Notes: generated by a model not told the origin, from the letters alone. Positions 53,532-63,507 are shown, counted from the stretch's first letter. The stretch: DNA of 64,000 bases from Acidobacteriota bacterium (GCA_965222655.1 CBDCUP010000022.1:1802955-1866954), one strand, 5' to 3'. Numbers and translations are program-made.

Positions 53532-56500
53532 ATGTGGATGGGCTACCGTCTAGAATCTGAGGTGCGCAGGCTTCCTGCCCTGGTTGTTTTTCTCTCCGTC
53601 CTGACGGCTCAGGGGACAAGCCTAGGGCTGGCAGCGTCGTCATCCCCAATCTCCTCGATACTGGACCGTTGTGTTTCCTGCCACCGAGGGAAGGCGGCAC
53701 AGGCGAGCCTGGATCTGAGCTCCCGTAGGGGAGCCCTCGAAGGCGGATCCTCGGGCCCCGCGCTGGTGCCGGGCCATGCCACCAGGAGTCTGCTCTTTCA
53801 AAAGTCTTCTGACGGGAAAATGCCGCCAGGAGCTCCCCTGAGCACTGCGGAGATTGTAGCCCTGCGGCTCTGGATCGATGAGGGGGCCGCCTGGCCCGAT
53901 CTGAAAACTGACTTGCCGGCTCAAGAAGCAGCGTCCGAGGGGCCCACCTGGTGGTCTCTCCGTCCCCTCGGACCGGCCAAGGTGCCGGACGTATCCCACG
54001 CTTCCTGGATCCGGCGCCCTTTGGATACCTTCGTGCTGAGGGGGCTGGAAAACCAGGGATTGGAGGCTTCAGGCGAGGCCGACAAGGTGACGCTGATCCG
54101 GCGAGCGACACTGGATTTACTGGGACTACCTCCCACACCCGAGGAGATCGATGACTTCGTCGGCAACGCATCTCCCCGGGCCTATGAGCAGCTCCTGGAC
54201 CGGCTGCTGGCTTCGCCTCACTATGGCGAGCGTTGGGGACGCCACTGGCTGGACCTGGCCCGCTTCGGTGAGAGTCATGGATATGAAAGGGACCAGATCC
54301 GGGATAACGCCTGGCCCTATCGCGACTACGTCATTAGCAGCTTCAACCAGGACAAACCCTATCCCCGGTTCGTGAGAGAACAATTGGCGGGAGACGTCCT
54401 GGAGCCGGTGACCCGAGAAGGTATCGCCGGCACGGGCTTTCTGGTGGCCGCTCCCTGGGACGACGTCGGGCACACGCAGCAGAGTCGCATTATGAGGGCT
54501 CGCGTCCGGGCGGATGAGATGGAGGACATCGTGGGGACCGTGGCCCAGACGTTCCTCGGTATGACGGTTAACTGCGCCCGCTGCCACGATCACAAATTCG
54601 ATCCCATTTTGCAGAAGGACTACTACCGTTTGAAGGCTGCATTGGATGGAGTCTGGCACGGGGATCGGACCCTCTTCGAGGCCGCCGAGGCGGAGGAGCG
54701 CCGCCGCCGAGTGGAGCCCCTGCAGAGGCGGATCCGCGAGTTGTCGAGTGAGGTCGCTGCCCTTCATGAATCTGCGAGGCAGAGGATCCTCAAACGGAAG
54801 GCCTACCCGATGTTGGCTCAGGTACCCGGTCTTCTGTCTCGCTGGGCCTTCGACGCGGACGCCTACGACCAGCTGGGCGGGCTTCACGGGAACCTGGACA
54901 GCGACGCCGTCATCGATGACGGCGGTCTCCAGTTCAAGCAGGAAAGAGCTCGGTTCACCACCATGCCTCTGCAACAGGATCTGAGAGAGAAGACCCTGGA
55001 GATCTGGCTGCGCATGGAAGATCACGCTGGGTATGGGTTTTACATGACGGTCCTGGGTGAGGGGCCGACGTCCAGGGGGGTGTTCGACGGACTACGCTAT
55101 GACGGGGGCTCCCGGACCTGGAAGAGCGAGAGCGAATTCAACAACCGGACTCTTCAGGTCGAGAAAGCCCACGAGGCGGAGGGTCTTTCCGAGCCGCTTC
55201 ACCTGGCCATCGTCTACGGTCCTCAGGATCGGATCTCGATCTACCGTGAGGGGAAGCTTTACACCAGCTACGGCCCCCAGCGGGAAGGATCCGAGACGAA
55301 GCTTCAGGTTTTTCGGGCCGGGAAGGATAGGGTCAGGTTCGGCAGGTTGGAAGGAGGAGGACAGATCGACGAGGCCCGTCTCTACGAGAGAGCCTTGACG
55401 GCAGAGGAGGTCCAGCGCTCCTATCGAGGCGGCATCCACAACGTTACCCGCTCAGAAGTGCTCGAGGAGCTGAGTGACGAAGAGGGGCGCCAAAAGGACT
55501 TGCTGTTGGAGGAACTGGTCCGCCGGCAGGCAGATCTGGAGAGGGTTCCACCGATTCCCCTGGCTTATGCTGCCAACTCTCTTCAACCCGGACCGACCTT
55601 TGTCCAGAACCGCGGTGATCCCGCTGCGCCCGGTGAGCGGGTGCTGTCAGGGGGACTCTCCGGCGTGTCCACCCTCTCACCCGAGTTCGGACTCGCCGAG
55701 AATGCGCCGGAAGCCCAGCGCCGTCTACGTCTGGCGGAATGGATCGTGGACCCCGACAATCCCCTGACCAGCCGTGTTCTGGTCAACCGGGTCTGGCAAT
55801 ATCACTTCGGACGAGGCATCGTCGGGACGCCCAACGATTTTGGTTTCAACGGAGAGCGGCCCTCCCATCCCGAGCTGCTGGACTGGCTGGCGCGTTGGTT
55901 CATCGATCACGGTTGGAGTCTGAAGGCCTTGCACAAGGAGATCATGCTCTCCAGCAGTTATCGCCAGTCCTCCCGCTTCCGGGAGGCGGCTGCAGACAGA
56001 GATCCGGAGAACAGGCTTCTGTGGAGGTACTCCCCGCGTCGTCTCGAAGCTGAAGTGATCCGTGACGCCCTCCTGGCCACCAGTGGCGAGCTGAACTGGA
56101 AGAGGGGAGGGCCTGGCTTCCGTCCCTTCGAAGTCCGGATCTTCAACACTCACTTCTATGATCTGAAAGATTTGGACGAGGCCGAGATGAAGAGGCGCAG
56201 CGTGTACCGGATCGTCGTCCGATCCGCTGGGGACCCTCTCCTGGAGTCCTTCGACTGTCCCGACTCGGCCTTCAAGGCTCCCCGGCGCGGTATCACGACT
56301 ACTCCCCTGCAGTCGTTGGCACTGATGAACAACTCCTTCGTCCTGCGCCAGGCAGATCGGCTGGCACAGCGGATCGAGGGTGAAGCGGTTGGAGTATTGC
56401 CGATTCAAGTGGATCGCGCCTACCGACTCACGCTGGGCCGGATTCCTCGAGGGGAAGAAGCAAGCAGGGCTCTCGCTCATATCCAGAGGCATGGTCTGGA

Positions 56501-56552
56501 GAGCCTCTGCTGGGCCCTCTTCAATTCCAGTGAGTTCCTCTATCTCAACTAA
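53532..56552 (+). CDS. PSCyt1 (Planctomycete cytochrome c-like) + DUF1549 + DUF1553 domain protein
   Basis: Start MWMGY...signal peptide. CVSCHRGKAAQASLDLSS (PSCyt1). ...WIRRPLDTFVLRGLE... (DUF1549). C-terminal ...FDCPDSAFKAPRRGITTTPLQSLALMNNSF (DUF1553). Confidence 0.8.
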   Translation: MWMGYRLESEVRRLPALVVFLSVLTAQGTSLGLAASSSPISSILDRCVSCHRGKAAQASLDLSSRRGALEGGSSGPALVPGHATRSLLFQKSSDGKMPPGAPLSTAEIVALRLWIDEGAAWPDLKTDLPAQEAASEGPTWWSLRPLGPAKVPDVSHASWIRRPLDTFVLRGLENQGLEASGEADKVTLIRRATLDLLGLPPTPEEIDDFVGNASPRAYEQLLDRLLASPHYGERWGRHWLDLARFGESHGYERDQIRDNAWPYRDYVISSFNQDKPYPRFVREQLAGDVLEPVTREGIAGTGFLVAAPWDDVGHTQQSRIMRARVRADEMEDIVGTVAQTFLGMTVNCARCHDHKFDPILQKDYYRLKAALDGVWHGDRTLFEAAEAEERRRRVEPLQRRIRELSSEVAALHESARQRILKRKAYPMLAQVPGLLSRWAFDADAYDQLGGLHGNLDSDAVIDDGGLQFKQERARFTTMPLQQDLREKTLEIWLRMEDHAGYGFYMTVLGEGPTSRGVFDGLRYDGGSRTWKSESEFNNRTLQVEKAHEAEGLSEPLHLAIVYGPQDRISIYREGKLYTSYGPQREGSETKLQVFRAGKDRVRFGRLEGGGQIDEARLYERALTAEEVQRSYRGGIHNVTRSEVLEELSDEEGRQKDLLLEELVRRQADLERVPPIPLAYAANSLQPGPTFVQNRGDPAAPGERVLSGGLSGVSTLSPEFGLAENAPEAQRRLRLAEWIVDPDNPLTSRVLVNRVWQYHFGRGIVGTPNDFGFNGERPSHPELLDWLARWFIDHGWSLKALHKEIMLSSSYRQSSRFREAAADRDPENRLLWRYSPRRLEAEVIRDALLATSGELNWKRGGPGFRPFEVRIFNTHFYDLKDLDEAEMKRRSVYRIVVRSAGDPLLESFDCPDSAFKAPRRGITTTPLQSLALMNNSFVLRQADRLAQRIEGEAVGVLPIQVDRAYRLTLGRIPRGEEASRALAHIQRHGLESLCWALFNSSEFLYLN

Positions 56553-56791
56553 GCTGAAACTCGATTGGTTAGGAGATCATGCAAGAGCCGCCAATGACAG
56601 AGCCGTGACTGCGAAGGAGCGGGTCCGGCATACGGATGCCGGAAACAACGCACCAAACGGACGGTGGCCCGTTGGACCCCATTTGCCGCATGTTCCGATC
56701 GGTGATCGGTACCGCTCCAGTCACGGCTCTGTCAGAAGCGGTAGCGACAATCACGGCAAACGTAACCGAAGTTTCTTTCCCAAATGGGGCC
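56549..56791 (-). repeat. MITE/REP-like unit with the gccaatgacagagccgtgactgc core, overlapping the stop codon of the DUF1553 gene
   Basis: 'ctaagctgaaact' at 56549-56561 contains stop taa 56550-56552. Ends 'gaagtttctttcccaaatggggcc' 56768-56791. Confidence 0.8.
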
Positions 56792-56819
56792 ACGCTGCCC
56801 GGGGGAGACTGAACTGAAA

Positions 56820-58271
56820 ATGAAGACGAAATCGAGTCTCGCTGAAATTCCTCTTCTGCCCCGGCGCCACTTCCTGTTGGGAGCAGGCAGTGGGCTGGGG
56901 GCCCTCGCTCTGGCTTGGCTCCTGCATGACGAGGGCCTCGGCAGAAGTCTTGGCAAAGGGGGGAAGTTTGGGTCCAGGCAGCCCCATTTTCCAGGCCGGG
57001 CCAAGCGGGTGCTGCACATCTTCGCGTCCGGTGGCGTCAGCCACCTGGATACGTTCGATTACAAGCCAGATCTGGCCAAACACGACGGAAAGGCCCTGAC
57101 CAACAAGGGCGAGATTGACACCTTCTTCGGCAAGCCTGGGAATCTGATGAAGTGTCCCTGGACCTTCCGCAAACGAGGCCAGAGCGGTCTCTGGGTCAGT
57201 GATCTTCTGCCTCACCTGGCCAGCTGCGCCGATGAGCTCTGCCTGATCCAATCGATGGTGGCCAAGAGCTCCAATCACACCCCCGCCACCTTCCAGATGA
57301 ACAGCGGATTCGTGCGCAATGGCTTTCCCTCAATGGGCTCCTGGATCTCCTACGGTCTGGGAGCGGAGAGCCAGGATCTGCCTGCATTCGTCGTCCTTCC
57401 TGATTCCAGGGGCCTGCCTGCCGGCGGTTCTATCAATTGGACGGCTGGATTCCTTCCAGCTGCCCAACAGGGCGTGGCTTTCAGGCACACCGGCGACCCC
57501 ATTCCAGATCTCAAGACCCCCGAAAGCGTTTCCCCTGATCGTCGCCAGGCAGAGATGGAGCTCGTAACCCAGATGAACCGGGAGTACCTGGAAGCCTATC
57601 CCGGGGACTCTACTCTGGAGGCGCGACTCCGGTCCTACCAACTGGCCGCCCGGATGCAGTTGAGCGTGCCCGATATCGTGAGCCTCAAGGACGAAGGCCC
57701 GGAGGTCCAGAGACGATATGGTCTGGATCACGAGGTGACGGCTGGGTTTGGCCGGAACTGCCTTCTCGCCAGAAGGCTCCTGGAGCGTGGAGTTCGCATG
57801 GTTCAAGTCTGGAGTGGAGGCGCCTTCGGGAAGCCCCGTATCAACTGGGATGCCCACGAGGATATCGTGGAGAACCACGGCAACCAGGCGGCAACAATGG
57901 ACAAGCCCCTGGCCGGACTATTAACGGATCTGAGAGAGCGGGGGATGCTGGAGGACACGCTGGTGGTATGGTCCACCGAGTTTGGCCGAACACCGGTTAC
58001 CCAGGGGTTCGGAGCCACCGGCCGGGATCATCACCAGCACGCCTTTACCTGCTGGCTGGCGGGCGCTGGCGTCAAGAAAGGTTTCTCCTACGGGATCACC
58101 GACGAAGTGGGCTACAATGTCGCCGAGAATCCCGTGACCGTCTATGATTTCCATGCCACCATCCTCCACCTGCTGGGTCTGGACCACAAGAAGCTCACCT
58201 TCTACCACAACGGAATCCAGCGTCGTCTGACCGATGTCCACGGGCATGTTGTGGAGGCTCTGCTGGGCTGA
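56820..58271 (+). CDS. DUF1501 (sulfatase-fold) Tat-exported protein, partner of the DUF1553 protein
   Basis: Start MKTKSS...PRRHFLLGAGSGLGALA (Tat). ORF 56784..58271 trimmed because the first codons lie in the repeat. Confidence 0.8.
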   Translation: MKTKSSLAEIPLLPRRHFLLGAGSGLGALALAWLLHDEGLGRSLGKGGKFGSRQPHFPGRAKRVLHIFASGGVSHLDTFDYKPDLAKHDGKALTNKGEIDTFFGKPGNLMKCPWTFRKRGQSGLWVSDLLPHLASCADELCLIQSMVAKSSNHTPATFQMNSGFVRNGFPSMGSWISYGLGAESQDLPAFVVLPDSRGLPAGGSINWTAGFLPAAQQGVAFRHTGDPIPDLKTPESVSPDRRQAEMELVTQMNREYLEAYPGDSTLEARLRSYQLAARMQLSVPDIVSLKDEGPEVQRRYGLDHEVTAGFGRNCLLARRLLERGVRMVQVWSGGAFGKPRINWDAHEDIVENHGNQAATMDKPLAGLLTDLRERGMLEDTLVVWSTEFGRTPVTQGFGATGRDHHQHAFTCWLAGAGVKKGFSYGITDEVGYNVAENPVTVYDFHATILHLLGLDHKKLTFYHNGIQRRLTDVHGHVVEALLG

Positions 58272-58281
58272 CAGAAGTAGA

Positions 58282-60756
58282 ATGACCCCAGAGCCCTTGA
58301 ATCTTCCTGAAAAAGCACGGGTTGTCATCATCGGCGCCGGGGTTGTTGGCTCCAGCGCCGCCCACTATCTGACCCTTCACGGCTGGCGCGACGTTGTGGT
58401 GCTGGATCAGGGCCCACTCTTTGAGGTTCTTGGATCCACCTCCCACGCTCCGGGTCTGGTATTCCAGACCAATCCCTCCCGAACCGTTTGTCAGCTAGCG
58501 CAATGGACGGTGGATCTCTACAACGAGCTGTCGTTGGAAGACGAGGGTCCGTGCTTCTATCCCGTAGGCAGTATTGAGATCGCGTACAGTCGCGAGCGTC
58601 AGCGGGAGCTGAAGCGGAGGCTCGGTTTCGCTCGATCCTGGGGACTACCCGCCCAGATCATCACGCCTGCGGACGTGAAATCGCTGATTCCCAACCTGGA
58701 CATTCAGCGAGTCCACGGTGGCTATCATGTCCCCTCGGACGGATTGGGGAAGGGTGTCCGCATCCTGAAGGCCCTGGCCCAGCAGGCCCAGAGCCGCGGC
58801 GCCATCTTCGTGCCGAATGCCCGGGTCAATCAGATTGAATCGAAGCAGGGAAGGGTGAGTGCCGTCATCTGCAATCAGGGCAGGATCGAGACCGAAGCGG
58901 TGCTCCTTTGTGCGGGAATCTGGGGCCCCAGGGTGGGAAGGCTTGCCGGGGTTCCGGTACCGATGCAGCCCATGCAGCATCTCTATGCTCGGACTGAGCC
59001 ACTGCCGGAGCTGGCCGGGACCAGTACAGAGGTCGTCCACCCCGTTCTGCGGCACCAGGATCGATCCATGTACTTCCGGCAGGACTTTGACAGTTATGGT
59101 GTCGGGTCCTACCGCCACGAGCCCCTGACAGTCGACCTGGAGGATCTGGGCGAGGAGGAAACCGGGCAACCCAGATCGGCCCTCAGACCTTTTACGCCAG
59201 AACATTTCGAAAACGCCCGGGCCGATGCGCTAGAGCTTTTTCCCTCTTTCCGGGACGTCGAGTTTCCCTACCGCATCAACGGAATCTTTGCTTTCACGCC
59301 AGATGGGAATTCCCTCCTGGGACAGTCGTCCGTCCTGAAAGGATTCTGGCTGGCGGAAGCAGTGTGGTTGACTCATGGTGGCGGTGTGGGTAGGGCCATC
59401 GCCGAATACATGGTCGAGGGAGCCCCGCCGCTGGATCTGCGGGATGTCGACTGCAATCGCTTCCATTCCTATGTGCCCAGTCGCCCTTACGTCAGAAGAC
59501 GTGGGGCGCAGCAATATCGAGAGGTCTACGACATTATTCATCCGCTCCAGCAGATGGAGCATCCCCGCCGGCTGCGGCTGAGCCCCTTTCACGCTCGTCT
59601 CGAAGAGCTGGGAGGGGAGATGTTCGAGAACGTGGGCTGGGAGCGCCCACAATGGTTCTCCTCCAACGTATCCCTTCCCCAACCCGCAGCGGGATGCGAC
59701 CGCGAGGGTTGGTCTGCTCGTCACTGGTCGCCCTTGATTGCCGCCGAGCATCTGGCGACTAGAGAAGGTGTGTCCCTATTCGATCTGACCCCCTTTACCA
59801 AGCTCGAAATAAAAGGGACGCGGTGTCTATCCTTTCTCCAGCATCTGGCGGCCAATCAGATGGACCAGCTCCTGGGTAGGATCACCTATACCGCCCTGCT
59901 CAACCGGAACGCCGGCATCGAATGCGATCTCACGGTGACGCGGTTGGAGGAGCAGCGGTTCCTGATCATTGCCGGTGCCGGCACGGGTATGCACGACCTG
60001 GCTTGGATCCGTTCTCAGCTCTCAGGAAGGGAGGGGGTCCAGCTGACCGATCTCACGTCAGCTTATTGTTGCCTGGGACTGTGGGGGCCCGCCTCGCGGG
60101 ATCTCCTCCAGTCTGTCTGCGAGAACGATCTGTCCAACCCTGCGTTTCCCTACCTGACAGCCCAATCGATCTACGTGGGCCAGGTTCCGGTTCTGGCACT
60201 TCGAATCTCCTACGTGGGGGAGCTGGGATGGGAGCTCTACGCACCTACCGAGTACGGGCTTCATCTCTGGGACACACTCTGGGAAGCCGGCTCCAGCCTC
60301 GGCCTTGCGGCTGCCGGTGGTGGAGCCTTTGAAAGCCTGAGACTGGAGAAGGGCTACCGATTCTGGGGAAATGATATCCACTCCGAAAACAACCCTATCG
60401 AGGCCGGGTTAGACTTCGCCGTCCGGATGTCCAAGGGAGATTTTCTGGGCCGGGAAGCGCTGGAAAGAATCCGTCAGGAGGGAGTCCGGCGCAAGCTCTG
60501 CTGTTTTCGTCTGGAGGATCCCCGAGTGGTGGTCATGGGCAAGGAGCCGATCTGGCACCAGGGCCGGGTTGTCGGGTACGTGACCAGCGCCAACTTCGGT
60601 TACACAGTTCGGGAGAGCATCGCCTATGGAAATCTCCCGGTCGAACTCGCTCCTCTCGGCAGCAGTGTCGAGGTCGAGTTCTTCGGCGAGCGGCATCCCG
60701 CGACGGTAGTTTCCGAACCACGCTACGATCCGAAGAACACCCGACTCACAGAGTGA
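58282..60756 (+). CDS. FAD-dependent oxidoreductase fused to an aminomethyltransferase (GcvT-like) folate-binding domain; dimethylglycine/sarcosine dehydrogenase family
   Basis: N-terminal VVIIGAGVVGSSAAHYL (FAD GxGxxG). ~820 aa two-module architecture with C-terminal GcvT-like region. Confidence 0.75.
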   Translation: MTPEPLNLPEKARVVIIGAGVVGSSAAHYLTLHGWRDVVVLDQGPLFEVLGSTSHAPGLVFQTNPSRTVCQLAQWTVDLYNELSLEDEGPCFYPVGSIEIAYSRERQRELKRRLGFARSWGLPAQIITPADVKSLIPNLDIQRVHGGYHVPSDGLGKGVRILKALAQQAQSRGAIFVPNARVNQIESKQGRVSAVICNQGRIETEAVLLCAGIWGPRVGRLAGVPVPMQPMQHLYARTEPLPELAGTSTEVVHPVLRHQDRSMYFRQDFDSYGVGSYRHEPLTVDLEDLGEEETGQPRSALRPFTPEHFENARADALELFPSFRDVEFPYRINGIFAFTPDGNSLLGQSSVLKGFWLAEAVWLTHGGGVGRAIAEYMVEGAPPLDLRDVDCNRFHSYVPSRPYVRRRGAQQYREVYDIIHPLQQMEHPRRLRLSPFHARLEELGGEMFENVGWERPQWFSSNVSLPQPAAGCDREGWSARHWSPLIAAEHLATREGVSLFDLTPFTKLEIKGTRCLSFLQHLAANQMDQLLGRITYTALLNRNAGIECDLTVTRLEEQRFLIIAGAGTGMHDLAWIRSQLSGREGVQLTDLTSAYCCLGLWGPASRDLLQSVCENDLSNPAFPYLTAQSIYVGQVPVLALRISYVGELGWELYAPTEYGLHLWDTLWEAGSSLGLAAAGGGAFESLRLEKGYRFWGNDIHSENNPIEAGLDFAVRMSKGDFLGREALERIRQEGVRRKLCCFRLEDPRVVVMGKEPIWHQGRVVGYVTSANFGYTVRESIAYGNLPVELAPLGSSVEVEFFGERHPATVVSEPRYDPKNTRLTE

Positions 60757-60766
60757 GATAGCTGAA

Positions 60767-60995
60767 CCATTCGAGAAAGAAACTGTGCTCACCCCTGCCA
60801 TGATTGTCGCTACCGCTTCTGACAGAGGAGCGGTCCCGATCACCGATCGGGACATGCTGCAAGAGGAGGCCAATCGGCCACCGTCCGTTTGGTCCGCTAT
60901 TTCCGGCATCCGTATGCCGGGACCGCCCTTTGCAGTCCCATCTCTGTTATTGGCGGTTCTTGGGTGACCTCCTAGCCAAATGAAGGTTCAGCTTG
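60767..60995 (+). repeat. MITE/REP-like unit (gccaatgacagagccgtgactgc family, opposite orientation) directly after the oxidoreductase stop
   Basis: Begins 'ccattcgagaaagaaact' 11 nt after stop 60754-60756. Ends 'aatgaaggttcagcttgg'. Confidence 0.75.
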
Positions 60996-61220
60996 GGATT
61001 CCAGCATCAACTGCTCCCCTTGATGGGGTGGGTGGGCAGGTGAAGATCTCGTTGACAGTGAACGGACCCTCTGCGATCATCGGTCAGATACGCAGGTAGC
61101 AACGAGTTTTCGTTCCCCACTTCCTGTCCTAGCAGCCTGTCGGACTTAACTCGAAGACAGGTAAGCCACTGGTTTGACCAGTGAGACTTTAAAGGTTTGA
61201 CATTTAGATTCAGTAATAGG

Positions 61221-61261
61221 ATGCCTCCTTTGGGGCTTGGCGGTACCCACAAAGGAGGCAT
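61221..61261 (+). promoter_or_regulatory. Stem-loop sequestering the tnpA ribosome-binding site
   Basis: atgcctcctttg (61221-61232) pairs with caaaggaggcat (61250-61261). RBS aaggagg lies in the 3' arm, 6 nt before ATG 61267. Confidence 0.6.
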
Positions 61262-61266
61262 AAAGT

Positions 61267-61686
61267 ATGTCATATGAGAGCTTAAGCCATACCCGATGGG
61301 ACTGCAAATACCACATCGTGTTTGTCCCCAAAGGGAGGAGGAAAGTGCTGTACGGAAAGATTCGAGAGTTTCTGGGCCCGGTCTTCCGAGAATTGGCGAG
61401 GCAAAGGGAGAGCAACATCCTGGAAGGGCACATGGTGGTAGATCATGTGCATATGTTGATCCAGGTCCCGCCAAAGTATTCGGTGGCTCAGGTGATCGGT
61501 TACCTCAAGGGGAAAAGCGCGATTGCTGTAGCGCGCCAATTTGGGGGCAGGAAGCGCAACTTCAACGGCGAGAAGTTGTGGGCGTGCGGCTATGCGGTCT
61601 CCACAGTTGGATTCGAGGAGAAGCAAATTCGCAAGTACATTCGCCACCAAGATCACCTCGACGGCAAAGACGACGGCTTGTTTTAA
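61267..61686 (+). CDS. tnpA: IS200/IS605 family Y1 (HUH) transposase TnpA
   Basis: 139 aa. HIVFVPKGRRK. HUH motif VDHVHMLIQ. C-terminal Tyr region YLKGKSA. Confidence 0.9.
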   Translation: MSYESLSHTRWDCKYHIVFVPKGRRKVLYGKIREFLGPVFRELARQRESNILEGHMVVDHVHMLIQVPPKYSVAQVIGYLKGKSAIAVARQFGGRKRNFNGEKLWACGYAVSTVGFEEKQIRKYIRHQDHLDGKDDGLF

Positions 61687-61894
61687 CGATTAAGGATTGG
61701 CCGCCCTTGGGGCGGCTCACAACCGCCAAGCTCCCCGCTCTGCGGGGACGTTATGACTTACAGGCGTTTCTGAAATTTAAGTAGGCACTTCGTGCCGACG
61801 GCCAAGGCCGTAAAAGGCTGTTTCGGGACACCCCGGCTGTGACGAAAGGGCGGTCTCAGAGAACAGCTCACTTGATTGAAATTCCGAGACTGTT

Positions 61895-63480
61895 AAGTTT
61901 AAGGTTTGATTAAAAGTGTTGCATGACCAAGCACGAAAAGCGATGAGTCATCTGCTCTGCGGCGGTGATTTGGCCGCTGAAACGACGCGGCCCACCTCTT
62001 CAGAGGGTGGCACGGGCCATCGTCGGCTGGCGGCAGGAGAGGTTGTACATTCTTTTCAGATTCCAGGCGATGCTGGCCAGAGTCCACTCCCGGTCTGCTG
62101 CCTCCGCTCCTCTGAGAGAGAACTGCGTAAAGCCCATCACCGATTTGATGATCCCAAAGACGGGCTCCGGGACGGCTTTGCGTTGCCCGTAAATGGCTCG
62201 ACCCGCGGGGGTCTTCAACCGGTATCTCATCTGCTCCACCGCATCGGCGTCTTGCCCGGGCGGCTCCGGTTGTTTCCAGCGTTCGGTCGGCCGCAAGTGG
62301 TGGGCTTCCCGCTCGACCGCAATATAGGGGACAATCGCGTGCTCGCCACAAAGCTCCACGTTGGGGCCACTGAAGTAGCCGCTGTCGGCCAGCAACTCCT
62401 GGGCCCGACCCAGCGACTCGGGCAGGGCTTGCAGCGCCGCCAGGGCCGGCTCCAATTCTTTCTTGTCGTCGGCGTTTTGCGGGACATGAGCCGCCACAAT
62501 CAAGAAGCTGTCGTTATCGACCAAGGCCTGAGCGTTGTAGCATTGCTCAAATCCCCCGCCCGAGACCGGCATGATCCGAGACTCTTCATCCGTCAGATTG
62601 ATCTGATCCTGGTCTCGAATTCCTCCTTGGGGCGGTTGGGGGGGGCGACCCCGCGGTTTGTTTCCCCGTTTCCTCTGGGCTTGCCGCTTGGCCACTTTGG
62701 CTTCATATTCGGCCTGCTCACCTGCCTGCCGCTCGGCCGCCCGCTGGGCCAGCTTCTGCTTTGCTTCCTCGATCGCTTTCAACCGTTCCTCCCGCCGCGC
62801 CAGCTCAGCCGGGATGTCCATCCCTTCCGTTTCTTCTCGTCCATCCGCTGCCTCGGCCAGCCGCATCAACTCTTCCACTTCTTCTCGCAGCCGCGCTTCC
62901 AGCTTCCGGATGTGCCCCCAACTCAACGCACTGTGCTTGGAGGCATTGGCTTTGACCTTCGTGCCATCCAAACTCACGCGGCCCAACTTCAGAAATCCCA
63001 TCGCCTGGGCCAGCAGCAAGATCTCCACAAACAGCGGCTTCAGCTCTTGCAAAAATCGCTTCCGGAAATGGGCGAGGGTGTCGTGATCCGGATGCGTGTT
63101 GCCGGCGAGGTAGCGAAACGCCACCGAATCGTAGCTGGCTTGCTCCAACTTCCGACTCGAAAACACCCCCGTGGCATAGCCGTAAAACAACAACGCCAGC
63201 ATCATGGCCGGATGGTAGCCTTCCGATCCCCGCTTCGTGTAGGAATCCTCCAGCTTCCTCAGCTCCAGCTTGCTCACAACCTCCACCACGAAGCGAGCCA
63301 GATGCGTCTCCGGCAGCCATTCCTGCACCGAAGGGGGAAACAGATAAGGAGTCTCTCGATCGACTACTTTAAATCGATTCGCCATCACTAATGATGCCTG
63401 TGGGGTATGACCTCGAAAGTCCGACAGGCTGCTAGGAGTCAAGAATGAGTTTGTCGAAGTCACTATCAGTCTCCGTCGTG
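61895..63480 (-). mobile_element. IS1182/IS5-like element (ends not resolved)
   Basis: Single long transposase gene abutting the IS200 right end. Terminal inverted repeats could not be identified by eye. Confidence 0.4.
62000..63385 (-). CDS. IS1182-family (IS5-related) DDE transposase
   Basis: N-terminal ...DRETPYLFPPSVQEWLPETHLARFVVEVV... (DUF772-type). DDE region ...VSLDGTKVKANAS.... ...ADSGYFS.... Confidence 0.8.
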   Translation of the reverse strand: MANRFKVVDRETPYLFPPSVQEWLPETHLARFVVEVVSKLELRKLEDSYTKRGSEGYHPAMMLALLFYGYATGVFSSRKLEQASYDSVAFRYLAGNTHPDHDTLAHFRKRFLQELKPLFVEILLLAQAMGFLKLGRVSLDGTKVKANASKHSALSWGHIRKLEARLREEVEELMRLAEAADGREETEGMDIPAELARREERLKAIEEAKQKLAQRAAERQAGEQAEYEAKVAKRQAQRKRGNKPRGRPPQPPQGGIRDQDQINLTDEESRIMPVSGGGFEQCYNAQALVDNDSFLIVAAHVPQNADDKKELEPALAALQALPESLGRAQELLADSGYFSGPNVELCGEHAIVPYIAVEREAHHLRPTERWKQPEPPGQDADAVEQMRYRLKTPAGRAIYGQRKAVPEPVFGIIKSVMGFTQFSLRGAEAADREWTLASIAWNLKRMYNLSCRQPTMARATL

Positions 63481-63507
63481 ATCAAGTGTCTGATTCTCCT
63501 CGCTGGG

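Larger units (their letters stand above)
61100..61893 (+). mobile_element. IS200/IS605-family insertion sequence (tnpA only)
   Basis: Y1 HUH transposase gene flanked by hairpin-rich ends (LE hairpin 61221-61261; RE hairpins ggccgcccttggggcggc, ggcacttcgtgcc). Confidence 0.7.
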
